Shown here: in pieces, positions 37,975-46,159 of the stretch
How positions within the stretch are numbered: position 1 is the first letter of the stretch
Layout of the letters: each line of letters opens with the position of its first letter
Sequence record: SRR20825019_214
DNA: 46,159 nucleotides
Direction: 5' to 3' (one strand)
The notes under the pieces: generated by a model
What the model saw: only the letters and a program-made list of their open reading frames with translations
Databases searched by the model: none
Told to the model about the DNA's origin: nothing
Translations under genes and position numbers: made by a program

Positions 37975-38748
37975 ATGAGATATTTACTTGCCCTTTTTAT
38001 TGGTACTGCGTTAATTTCGTCATGCAGAAAAGTCATTGACGTAGATCTAAATGAAACAGATCCTGCCATGGTGATCGAAGCAAATTACACAGCTGAAGAT
38101 AGTACTGTTCGCGTTTTAGTTTCTAAGACAACAAGTTATTTCGACAACACTCAAAACATGGTAAACGATGCGCTGATTACCATCACTGATCAGGCTGGAG
38201 GGGTACAAACAATTCCTTTCATGGGGAACGGTTATTATGAATTAATAGGATATGTTCCGCAATTCAATACTACGTATACGATTACTCTTTCTCATGGGGG
38301 AGAAATGTACACTTCTTCGGCATTCCTTCACACGGCAATTCCTCAAGAGCCTATTTTTTATGAGTACATCGAAGAAGGATTTTTTGGTGGAGAAGGTGGT
38401 TATTTAGCTTATCTTACCTACAACGACCCTGCCCAAAAAGGTGATTACTATTTCGTGCAATACACGCGTAACGATACTCTTGGTAGCTCTTTTCAAAATG
38501 ATGATTTGTTGACCAATGGGAACACTGTGAACTTTCCTTTATTCAGTGAATTCTTTAAGTTAGGTGATACTGTTGAAATTGAACTTCGTACGATTGATAA
38601 AAAAATATTCAGTTACAACACCGAAATTGAAGGAGCAACAGATCCAGGAGGAGCAGCACCTGCGAACCCAACGTATCAGTGGACGAATCGCGCACTTGGT
38701 TACTTCTCGGCTTATCCTTCGAGTAGACAAACGGTTGTAATTCAGTAG
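37975..38748 (+). CDS. DUF4249-family lipoprotein
   Basis: Lipobox ISSC, KVIDVDL, PANP...ALGYFSA. Starts 1 bp after the receptor gene. Confidence 0.88.
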   Translation: MRYLLALFIGTALISSCRKVIDVDLNETDPAMVIEANYTAEDSTVRVLVSKTTSYFDNTQNMVNDALITITDQAGGVQTIPFMGNGYYELIGYVPQFNTTYTITLSHGGEMYTSSAFLHTAIPQEPIFYEYIEEGFFGGEGGYLAYLTYNDPAQKGDYYFVQYTRNDTLGSSFQNDDLLTNGNTVNFPLFSEFFKLGDTVEIELRTIDKKIFSYNTEIEGATDPGGAAPANPTYQWTNRALGYFSAYPSSRQTVVIQ

Positions 38749-38750
38749 TA

Positions 38751-38886
38751 AAGGGCATTTCGACTCCGCTCAATGCCCTTCTTTCTGCGTTCATTACACT
38801 TCGACTCCGCTCAATGTACTGAGAGGTAGCAGTTACGCTCAGTTTACCGAGGTCGTAGCTAAGCGCACTGAGCGGAGCCGAAGTGC
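38751..38886. repeat. Cluster of three REP-like hairpins between convergent genes
   Basis: AAGGGCAT-TTCGACTCCGCTCA-ATGCCCTT (38751-38780), TACAC-TTCGACTCCGCTCA-ATGTA (38795-38818), inverted GCAC-TGAGCGGAGCCGAA-GTGC (38865-38886). Confidence 0.9.
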
Positions 38887-38913
38887 AGCATAATTCAAAC
38901 TCTTCTTCACTTC

Positions 38914-39408
38914 TCAATTATTCACCATCCCTTTTAGGTTACCGTTTTTATTTCGTAGATCAATTCCACCTTCATAAACCGATTTCAGGTTGATCAGAAA
39001 AAACGTCCATCCTGTAGCGCAGCCAAGTCTAATTCCTCTTTTTGATTCGTTGTCCGTTGGAATATTACTTTGGCATAATTCCACGATCACATCATCCTCG
39101 TATTGAGTAAAATTCACTTCTACCAAACAATCGCCCGCAAAAGAAAATTGTAGAAGATCTTTTCCATTCGCATGAATTATTCTTCCTTTTTCCACCTCGT
39201 CATATCCATACCAAGACCATTGATACAAATCATTCTCCTTGATGTTTTCGTTAGCCCGAACTCGTTCACCTGCGGAATTATCAAAAATAGCTTTGCTTAG
39301 AAACCATTTCTCAATTTCTTCAGGGATTGTCCACGCATTGTATAATTCCGAAAGACTTGCCTTTACAGCTATTTTTTTTGTAAACGTTACCCAATTAAAA
39401 TCATCCAT
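38914..39408 (-). CDS. SRPBCC/AHSA1-like domain protein
   Basis: LYNAWT.PEEIEKWF and GWTFFLINLKSVYEGG. Confidence 0.88.
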   Translation of the reverse strand: MDDFNWVTFTKKIAVKASLSELYNAWTIPEEIEKWFLSKAIFDNSAGERVRANENIKENDLYQWSWYGYDEVEKGRIIHANGKDLLQFSFAGDCLVEVNFTQYEDDVIVELCQSNIPTDNESKRGIRLGCATGWTFFLINLKSVYEGGIDLRNKNGNLKGMVNN

Positions 39409-39650
39409 TTCTTTTCTTTTTTTCTAATTATCGTCAGTGTTTCCTTGAAAAAAAAAGTTCCAATTTCACAACATTGACTTAAAGTTAGAAATGTTTATGA
39501 AGTATCAAATGATCAACACATAACTTGTAAAGCAAGCCTTTTCCTACGCAATTTGACTTCTATTCAATTTACTCATCTGAGAATTTTAACATTTTGGATT
39601 ACACTATAATTCAAATCATGCCGTTTGTAAGACAAAATTGAATTTAACTC

Positions 39651-40997
39651 ATGAAATCAACACTTCTAATCATCTTATTATCAATAGGATTGTCAACAAT
39701 TGCCCAAACAACGTATAATGACGTGGCGATAATCGTAAATGACAACAGCCAAACATCACTTGACATTGGCAATTACTTCCAACAAGCGAGAAATATTCCA
39801 AGTCAGAACATTATTCACGTAATCGCACCGACAACTGAAGAAATTGACAGTCTTCAATTTGAGCAAATCAGAGCCCAAATAGAAAGTTATTTAGTCAATA
39901 ATAATCTTGTAGATTCATTTAACTATTTAGTTACCACGAAGGGAGTTCCATTGAAAGTCGAAAGCGATTGCTTCAATCCTACGACTTCTGATAAAGCATG
40001 TGCCTCGTTTGATTCTGAAATAGCGCTGATCTTAGGTTCGTATTCAACTTACATTGGTCAATACGGTTCTTTTGCGAATCCTGTTTACAATACGACGGAC
40101 AATTTCTCTCGCGCCAATTCAGGGCTGTATTTAGTCACTCGATTAGATGGTTATTCAAAGCAAGATGTATTCAATCTTATTGATAGAAGTGGTCCAAATA
40201 CAGGTTTAAACAAATCATCTACTCAAGCGATTCTTGATTTAAACTCTTCGGTTCCTGGAGATTCAACCTACTTTATGGATTTTTACCTTCAGCCGACCTA
40301 CGATTTTTTAACTACAAACTCCTGGAACACACAACTTGATGCTAATTCTGGTCTCTTGCTCAATGAGAATGATGTATTTTCATACATCTATGAAGGGCTC
40401 GGATCGCTTTCAAATATCTCTCTAGATTATAGTTGGACTAAAGGATCAATTAGTTCTATGTCTGTGTGCTCGACAGCCTCCACTTTTGATCCATCATCGA
40501 ATCCTTCAAACACTTTGTTGATAGCAGACTTAATTGCCGAAGGATGCACCGGTGCCCTTGGACATGTTGATTGTATTTTCTTTGCACAAATTATAAATTC
40601 TGAAATTTTACTCAATAGGTATCTCGATCCTACGACGGAATATAACCTCGCCGAGAGCTACTACATGTCAGACCTTACTATGTCTTGGCAAACGGTCGTA
40701 ATCGGAGATCCAAAATCGAGTGTGATCATAGATAATACAGCTGATACAGACGAAAACAAACTGGATGAGATTACCATTTACCCGAACCCTAGTAGCGGAA
40801 GCATTAATATTCGTGGGAGTGAATCCATCACTTCAATTGTGGTTTTTGACATGAAAGGAGCACAAATAAAAAGCTATGATCAACCGATGAGTAATTCGGT
40901 GGAAATAGATTTACAAGAGGTGAACAACGGTGTTTACTTAATCCAAGTGGAGATCGGTGGAAAACTGATTCGAGAAAGGGTGGTGATTAGTAAATAG
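39651..40997 (+). CDS. TIGR03790-like protein with T9SS sorting domain
   Basis: IIVNDNS.TS..IGNYF..AR.IP..NI, ASFDSEIAL, YLVTRLDG, VIGDP. C-terminal IYPNPS...GVYLI. Confidence 0.78.
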   Translation: MKSTLLIILLSIGLSTIAQTTYNDVAIIVNDNSQTSLDIGNYFQQARNIPSQNIIHVIAPTTEEIDSLQFEQIRAQIESYLVNNNLVDSFNYLVTTKGVPLKVESDCFNPTTSDKACASFDSEIALILGSYSTYIGQYGSFANPVYNTTDNFSRANSGLYLVTRLDGYSKQDVFNLIDRSGPNTGLNKSSTQAILDLNSSVPGDSTYFMDFYLQPTYDFLTTNSWNTQLDANSGLLLNENDVFSYIYEGLGSLSNISLDYSWTKGSISSMSVCSTASTFDPSSNPSNTLLIADLIAEGCTGALGHVDCIFFAQIINSEILLNRYLDPTTEYNLAESYYMSDLTMSWQTVVIGDPKSSVIIDNTADTDENKLDEITIYPNPSSGSINIRGSESITSIVVFDMKGAQIKSYDQPMSNSVEIDLQEVNNGVYLIQVEIGGKLIRERVVISK

Positions 40998-41045
40998 TTT
41001 GAAAAAGTGAATAACTCGTTTATTGTGGCGGGTTATTCACTTTCA

Positions 41046-41756
41046 TTAAAAAAACTTGTTTCTATATTTCATCAACGATTTTCTAGAAACTGGATTTCCA
41101 TGTCCAAGGTAAAATCTTTTGGTATTCAGCGAGAGAACATAATCGAGACTACGTTTCACATCTTCCAAATTGTCGTGAAAAGGTGGATGCTTCATTCTTG
41201 AATTAAACGCAATTCCACCGAGCAATATTCCCGAAGATGCCAAGTCCATAATGATGGCGTTTCCATCTTCCAATACAATGGATAAAGACCCTGGTGTGTG
41301 TCCAGGAGTATGAATTATCCTTCCTTTTATTCCAAAACTCTCCAAATCGTATTCCTCGTTTTCTTGAAGTAAAATATCAGGAACGCAAGACGAAGCTTTA
41401 TCTTTTGTCAGAATAGGCTTAAGTATAAGATCCCAAATTTTACGGTTGGGGTTTAACGTATCCTCCAGACTTTTCCCAGTCAACAGTGCTTTTTTGTCCA
41501 ATTCATGCATCAGAGTCGGGACTTTCAAGATGTCCTGGAGTTCTTTGGCACTTCCGAAATGGTCAATATGGCCATGTGTTAAGACGATTAAACCGATGTC
41601 TTCCAATTTGATCTTGTGCTTAATCAATTGTTTGATGATTTTCTCCTCGCTTTTGGGAACACCTGTATCAACCAAGATGTGTTTCTTTTCTCCTTTTACA
41701 AGGAAGCAATTTATCATCCCAAAAGGGAAAATAGATAACTGAATGATGTTTTTCAT
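41046..41756 (-). CDS. Metallo-beta-lactamase-fold hydrolase
   Basis: LVDTG, THGHIDHFG, HTPGHTPGS, LGHG. Confidence 0.92.
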   Translation of the reverse strand: MKNIIQLSIFPFGMINCFLVKGEKKHILVDTGVPKSEEKIIKQLIKHKIKLEDIGLIVLTHGHIDHFGSAKELQDILKVPTLMHELDKKALLTGKSLEDTLNPNRKIWDLILKPILTKDKASSCVPDILLQENEEYDLESFGIKGRIIHTPGHTPGSLSIVLEDGNAIIMDLASSGILLGGIAFNSRMKHPPFHDNLEDVKRSLDYVLSLNTKRFYLGHGNPVSRKSLMKYRNKFF

Positions 41757-41780
41757 TTCTGTCTCTTTTTAACTGAGACA

Positions 41781-41824
41781 CAAAATTCAGTCTTAAAAAA
41801 GTGAAACTACTTGATAAATGTTAG
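41781..41824 (-). promoter_or_regulatory. Candidate Crp/Fnr box (41811-41824) and GAATTTTG -7 variant (41788-41781)
   Basis: TTGAT-AAAT-GTTAG overlaps the regulator stop codon, with a 22-nt spacer to the -7 variant. Confidence 0.55.
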
Positions 41825-42408
41825 GAAACGATTTTTCTTCGAATTCTACTTAAAGACTCCGCCTTGATTCCGATATAAGAAGCAATATATTGTATTGGCA
41901 CGTTTCGGATTACTTCTGGTCGCTCCGACAGTAATTTTAGGTAACGTTTCTCTGCCGTTAATGCTAGTAAATCAGTTGTTCGCCGTTGATTCATGGTAAT
42001 TGCTGTTTCATACACCTGTTTGCAGAAAGCACTCCAGATTTTAATTTCCTGAGCTATTGTATCATAATCTGCTTTTGAAATATAAAGTACTTCGCAGTTA
42101 GAAATACATTGTACGTTTTCCGTTGAAACGACTCCTGAAACAAAGCTGTTAAATGATGTAATTAAATTATTCTCTCCAACAATTTGAGTCGTAATATCTA
42201 TTCCATCTTGGTTGGTAAACGTTCTCAAAAAACCAGTTTTGACAAAATAGAGGTTTTGAGCAACGGTATTTTCTTTTTCAAGAATCGAACCCTTTGTGAA
42301 AAATGAAGTCTTAAAAAAATGCTTTAACAATCCAATGTCATCCTCAGAAACATCCTGATACTTTGAAACGTACCTAATTAACGGTTGAATTGTCATAATA
42401 TCACTCAT
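41821..42408 (-). CDS. Crp/Fnr-family regulator
   Basis: LYFVKTGFLR, AEKRY, IASYIGIKAESLSRIR. Confidence 0.92.
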   Translation of the reverse strand: MSDIMTIQPLIRYVSKYQDVSEDDIGLLKHFFKTSFFTKGSILEKENTVAQNLYFVKTGFLRTFTNQDGIDITTQIVGENNLITSFNSFVSGVVSTENVQCISNCEVLYISKADYDTIAQEIKIWSAFCKQVYETAITMNQRRTTDLLALTAEKRYLKLLSERPEVIRNVPIQYIASYIGIKAESLSRIRRKIVS

Positions 42409-42838
42409 CTGTTTTCACTCTTTTTAGATCTATCAACTGAGATTTAAACAATTTAACGTCTAAATTTTGAGTCCTAAAGTTAACTTTTCTTATTCTTTTG
42501 CTTTTTCCCTCAAATTCAATTGTACAAATCGATCTATTGCCGAAACCTTGATATTTCTCCAAAAATTTTCGCACATTTTTATATTCAACGATTTCCTGAG
42601 ATCCGAAAATATACTTAACCACCAAATGCTCACTTTTAAAAATCACCCATCGAATATTACTTCTACTAAAGAGCCAAGCAGCCAAAAACAAAAATGGAAC
42701 TATAAACAAAGGCAAAATCAGTGCTTTTGAAATGATCGTCAACACAATTATGACTAAAGATGAAATTGCCAGCCAAATCATAAAAAAGTAAATGAAGAAC
42801 ATTGGGTAAATCCCGTGGAATTTTTTCTCAGGAATCAT
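42401..42838 (-). CDS. Hypothetical protein with two TM segments
   Basis: Two hydrophobic helices then a basic soluble domain. Overlaps the next gene by 8 bp. Confidence 0.65.
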   Translation of the reverse strand: MIPEKKFHGIYPMFFIYFFMIWLAISSLVIIVLTIISKALILPLFIVPFLFLAAWLFSRSNIRWVIFKSEHLVVKYIFGSQEIVEYKNVRKFLEKYQGFGNRSICTIEFEGKSKRIRKVNFRTQNLDVKLFKSQLIDLKRVKTDE

Positions 42839-42885
42839 CTTCTGTCAATATAATTCATAAATAAGATCTGTGCCAAATTTGTCAC

Positions 42886-43980
42886 TTACTCCAACTTATA
42901 GACTGCAATATAAGGAACTATATCGCCACCAATATATAAATATCCCGCGTTTTCTTTAACGGATCCAGCTTCGGGGATTATTTTTCCTGTTGTATCATAT
43001 AGCGCACTAAGAATATCACCGTGATCCGAAATATGAAGTACGAGTCCAAATCTTTCTTGTTTCGGTTGCATGAACTCAGGAAGTGCATACACGATTTTTT
43101 TTGTCCGCTTTTTCGGATGAATTTTATCCAAGGCATCATTTCTTCGGGTTGAAAACCCAAGCCAAAAACTACCATCCTCCCGAATTGAAATCCCATTTGG
43201 AAAACCTGGTAAATTATCCATAAAAACTTCTGAAGTTCCTTTCTTATCTCCTTTGAGCCAAAATTTAATGATTCGATATTTGGTTGTCTCAGTCATCAAA
43301 ATGAACTCTTCATTCTTGGACAATACGACTCCATTTCCAAAATACGTTCCATCAATTAGTGTGGTGACTTTTTTCGTTGTGGGATCGTACTTGTACAAAC
43401 CTCCGTTTGGTTTATGCTCCAAAATCAACTTTCGTCCATACTTAATTGTGTATCCTGATTCATGCGAAGTATTTGAGAAGTAAATCACTCCATCCGAACC
43501 GATATCCAAGCCGTTAGGAATTAAAAAAGGTCGTCCGTTTTCGTCCGTTTGGGCTAGTACGGTCACCTCCTTTTCTTTAGAGATACTAATTAGTCCTTCT
43601 CGGTGGCTTAACGCAATAAGATTTCCTTGCTGATCAAAGTGTAACCCCGAAACCCAAGAACCTGCATCATATAATACTTCGACAGCACCTTGAGGCGAGA
43701 TTTTCACTATTTTCCCGTCCGAAAAGTCCCTTTCTCCGCGGTGAACACCACAATACATATTTCCTTCAGCGTCAAAAATGATATCTTCTGGTCCGTACCA
43801 TCCGTCCAATGCTATTTTTTCAGAGGCTTGCAGTTTTTCATTTGATTCTAAAGCATCTTGAAGATCTGGCTTTTCAGATGGCAGCCAAGCAACGGGAGAA
43901 ATCGCGCAGGATTGAGCAATAATTACAAAGGTGAAAATGATGCAATGACTTAATTTCGAAACGTTTTTTTTCTTTATCAT
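42886..43980 (-). CDS. SMP-30/strictosidine synthase-like beta-propeller hydrolase, probable lipoprotein
   Basis: GPED, PNGLDI, YFGNGV, NLPGFPNGI. Lipobox AQSC. Confidence 0.88.
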   Translation of the reverse strand: MIKKKNVSKLSHCIIFTFVIIAQSCAISPVAWLPSEKPDLQDALESNEKLQASEKIALDGWYGPEDIIFDAEGNMYCGVHRGERDFSDGKIVKISPQGAVEVLYDAGSWVSGLHFDQQGNLIALSHREGLISISKEKEVTVLAQTDENGRPFLIPNGLDIGSDGVIYFSNTSHESGYTIKYGRKLILEHKPNGGLYKYDPTTKKVTTLIDGTYFGNGVVLSKNEEFILMTETTKYRIIKFWLKGDKKGTSEVFMDNLPGFPNGISIREDGSFWLGFSTRRNDALDKIHPKKRTKKIVYALPEFMQPKQERFGLVLHISDHGDILSALYDTTGKIIPEAGSVKENAGYLYIGGDIVPYIAVYKLE

Positions 43981-44004
43981 TTTTGACTATTTATCAATGA
44001 GTGA

Positions 44005-44048
44005 CAAAGTTCCGTTGAACAAATTCAAATCTCGTTTACATAGGTAAA
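44005..44048 (-). promoter_or_regulatory. Candidate Crp/Fnr box TTTAC-N4-GTAAA (44035-44048) and GAACTTTG -7 variant (44012-44005)
   Basis: Perfect 5-4-5 palindrome 11 bp past the regulator stop, with a 22-nt spacer to the -7 variant. Confidence 0.6.
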
Positions 44049-44059
44049 GAAAGGTGCAT

Positions 44060-44641
44060 CTAGAAAGTTTTTGCGAGTTTATTTCGCAATCTACTCAGTT
44101 GCGTAGCCGAAATCCCAAGGTATGATGCTATGTGATATTGCGGGATTAATTCCTCGAGGGTCGGAAACTGTTTTCGGAAAAGCAAATAACGCTGCGTTGC
44201 ATCCATGAGCGCCATTTCTAACTCTTTTTTTTCCTTTTCCAAAAAGTAGAACTCTGCTATTTTCCTTCCTAATCGTTCCAAATCATGGAATTTTGAGAAC
44301 AACTTCTCGACCTCGCTATACTTGGCGACAAGAATAATACATTCAGTTAATGCTTGTTGAGGTATAAGGTTTTTTTCTTTCGTCAAAAGAGAAGTGTAGG
44401 CTCCAATTATGCTCGGTTCTACAAAAAATTGCTTGTTGTATTCCTTTGCTTCCTTGTTTGTGAAAAACGCTCTAACACACCCTTTTTCAAGGAAAGCAAT
44501 TTCCTCCGCGCACTTATGTTCCTCAACAAAATATTCTTTAGGTGAAAGAGATTTCTGCTTAAAAAGTACTGACACTTCTTTCCATGCCTCGTCTGATAAC
44601 GGGGATATTGCGTTGAAGTACTGTTTGAGCGATTCCGTCAT
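44060..44641 (-). CDS. Crp/Fnr-family regulator
   Basis: IAFLEKGCVRAF, ATQRY, IPQYHIASYLGISATQLSRLR. Confidence 0.92.
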   Translation of the reverse strand: MTESLKQYFNAISPLSDEAWKEVSVLFKQKSLSPKEYFVEEHKCAEEIAFLEKGCVRAFFTNKEAKEYNKQFFVEPSIIGAYTSLLTKEKNLIPQQALTECIILVAKYSEVEKLFSKFHDLERLGRKIAEFYFLEKEKKELEMALMDATQRYLLFRKQFPTLEELIPQYHIASYLGISATQLSRLRNKLAKTF

Positions 44642-44790
44642 GATATGAAAATTTACACTCGAAATATACTAAATCGCTCTGCATATAGGCAATAGAAGGC
44701 CTATCTACAGAACGATTACTTTGCCATCATTTTGACACTTACTTTAATTTAAAGCGTCCTTTGCTTATCAGCATAAAAGTGTCCATCTGA

Positions 44791-45249
44791 TCACTTAACA
44801 GCTACAAAGATCTCTACTTCGGCATTTGTAGGGTCTTGTGCCTTTTCTCCATAAACTTCAAAATCAGCCGTAAAGATTCTATCTAAATTCTTACTCCAAA
44901 TATCCAACCAACTGTCATACACGACGCCTTGTTTTAAATTACCAGTAGAGATGAACTTGGCATAATTTCCTTCCTCAAATTCTTGCCCAATCATACCTTC
45001 AGGAATTTCATCCAATGTACTCACCCTGCAACCAAGAATAGTGTCGTATGGTTTGGTGTGATCCTTTTCATAATTGGCATACGTCGACAAAACAGAAGTA
45101 TCAATTCTATTGGGAATTTTCTCTCCAATACTTTCAGTCATAAACTTCTCCCATAGCAGAGGAATGTCATTTGCCGCCTGCCCATTTTCGTTAGTCGTTC
45201 TTACTTTGATACCAATTACCTTAAAGTTTTCTTTTCTTACTGTTTCCAT
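44791..45249 (-). CDS. GyrI-like small-molecule-binding protein
   Basis: VIGIKVRTTN, LWEKF, ADFEVY, EVEIFVAV. Confidence 0.9.
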   Translation of the reverse strand: METVRKENFKVIGIKVRTTNENGQAANDIPLLWEKFMTESIGEKIPNRIDTSVLSTYANYEKDHTKPYDTILGCRVSTLDEIPEGMIGQEFEEGNYAKFISTGNLKQGVVYDSWLDIWSKNLDRIFTADFEVYGEKAQDPTNAEVEIFVAVK

Positions 45250-45276
45250 TTTTGTGTTTTTAATTAATCATTACAG

Positions 45277-45311
45277 CAAAAATAGATTGGGGTTATGACA
45301 TAGGTGTGTCA
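45277..45311 (-). promoter_or_regulatory. Candidate WYL-regulator operator TGACA-N6-TGTCA (45296-45311) and -7 box TATTTTTG (45284-45277)
   Basis: Perfect 5-6-5 palindrome inside the last codons of the WYL gene, 11 nt from the -7 box of the GyrI-like gene. Confidence 0.65.
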
Positions 45312-46021
45312 GGGGTATTTTGATATTTTTCCCTGCATAACTCAAAATACTTTTCCAGAGTCATATTATGAGACTCAAAAGCCTCATTTTTCAGGATTAA
45401 TTTTTGGATTAAATCAATCCTAAACGCTCTAAATTCATTTCTTAGCCTGCAAAATGCGATTAACAGCCAGTTTCCTTTGGTATTGTATATTGCGAAGGGT
45501 TCTACGATTCGTTTTGTTAAGTTGTTTTCTTGCGAATTATATTCAATTTCAATAAGTTGAAAGTTTGTAATTCCAGATTGAATGCTCATTAAGTAAGTGC
45601 TCGATTTCTCATTCTCTGCATTTTCTCGAAAATGAATTCTTCCTGCTAAAAAATCTACTTTTTCCTTCTGTGAGAATTTTAAAACCGATTTTATTTTGAC
45701 AAGAGCGTTACTATAATTTTCAATAAAGGATTCGTCTTTATTCTTCAGAATGATTTGTTCCGCTGTAATTAAAGCATTCGCCTCATCTTCAGTGAACATC
45801 ACAGGCGGAAGTTGATATCCATCCAATAATGAATACCCTTTACCTTCCTCAGTTAGGATTGGGATTCCAGACATTTCTAATGTACGAATGTCACGATAAA
45901 TCGTTCTTACACTTACATTATGTTTTTCGGAAAGGTACTTAGCTGTGACAATTCTTTTTGACTGCAACTGAGTTACAATGGCAGTTAATCTCGAAAGTCT
46001 TGGTTTTTCTTTCTCTTCCAT
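45293..46021 (-). CDS. YafY-family HTH-WYL transcriptional regulator (short, no WCX domain)
   Basis: VSVRTIYRDI, GKGY, R.VEPF, WLLIAFCRLR.EFRAFRID. Start at ATG 46021 (alternative 46054). Confidence 0.92.
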   Translation of the reverse strand: MEEKEKPRLSRLTAIVTQLQSKRIVTAKYLSEKHNVSVRTIYRDIRTLEMSGIPILTEEGKGYSLLDGYQLPPVMFTEDEANALITAEQIILKNKDESFIENYSNALVKIKSVLKFSQKEKVDFLAGRIHFRENAENEKSSTYLMSIQSGITNFQLIEIEYNSQENNLTKRIVEPFAIYNTKGNWLLIAFCRLRNEFRAFRIDLIQKLILKNEAFESHNMTLEKYFELCREKYQNTPDTPMS

Positions 46022-46159
46022 TCTTCTGTCTTTTCTGTTCAGTGAAATACTCATTAGTTGTTTTGCTATGAACAGTTTTACACGAAAGCTTCCAAAAGTA
46101 TTCTAATGAATTTAAACACTCGCGTTATTCCATCAAAAAATGCCCAACGGCTTTTCTTT

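Noticed and set aside
38609-38917. 102-aa minus-strand ORF
   Set aside because: Overlaps the DUF4249 gene, and ERSRS and LSGVEMP are translations of the REP cores.
43983-43997. FNR-like TTGAC-N5-ATCAA
   Set aside because: Spacer is 5 rather than 4, and it lies downstream of the -7 box. The 44035 palindrome fits better.
44685-44783. Branched hairpin (GACACTT/AAGTGTC with inner stems) as an ncRNA or terminator
   Set aside because: Stems are only 4-7 bp in AT-rich DNA, with no U-tract and no second copy.
46136-46159. GCCCAAC as an integron attC core site
   Set aside because: At the window edge with no partner arm, no repeated sites between neighbouring genes and no integrase.

Overview
A gene-dense, AT-rich chromosomal segment of a Bacteroidota bacterium, probably Flavobacteriales (Crocinitomicaceae/Fluviicola-like). 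Support: three T9SS C-terminal sorting domains, TAnnTTTG -7 promoter boxes, and a TonB-dependent receptor with a DUF4249 lipoprotein. It holds about 45 CDS. These include a hipBA-type TA pair, two ECF sigma loci, housekeeping genes (tatA, mscS, ltaE, rimK, truC, TrmH-family and O-methyltransferases, a CapD/PglF dehydratase, SulP), several secreted proteins, and a run of local regulator-target modules (AraC, two Crp/Fnr, WYL). I saw no rRNA, tRNA, CRISPR array, transposase or integrase. Most notable observations: (1) a REP-like hairpin repeat family (core TTCGACTCCGCTCA), with a nested variant that appears inserted in-frame into hipA (+16 aa) and another copy seeding a 21-bp tandem array; (2) an ECF sigma/anti-sigma operon led by a secreted protein resembling only the soluble periplasmic part of DUF2723/TMEM260-type glycosyltransferases; (3) candidate operators at or over the 3' ends of four regulator genes, with spacing to the downstream -7 box reproduced exactly between paired sites; (4) several probable leaderless genes. 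All family assignments come from motif recognition by eye, not database searches.
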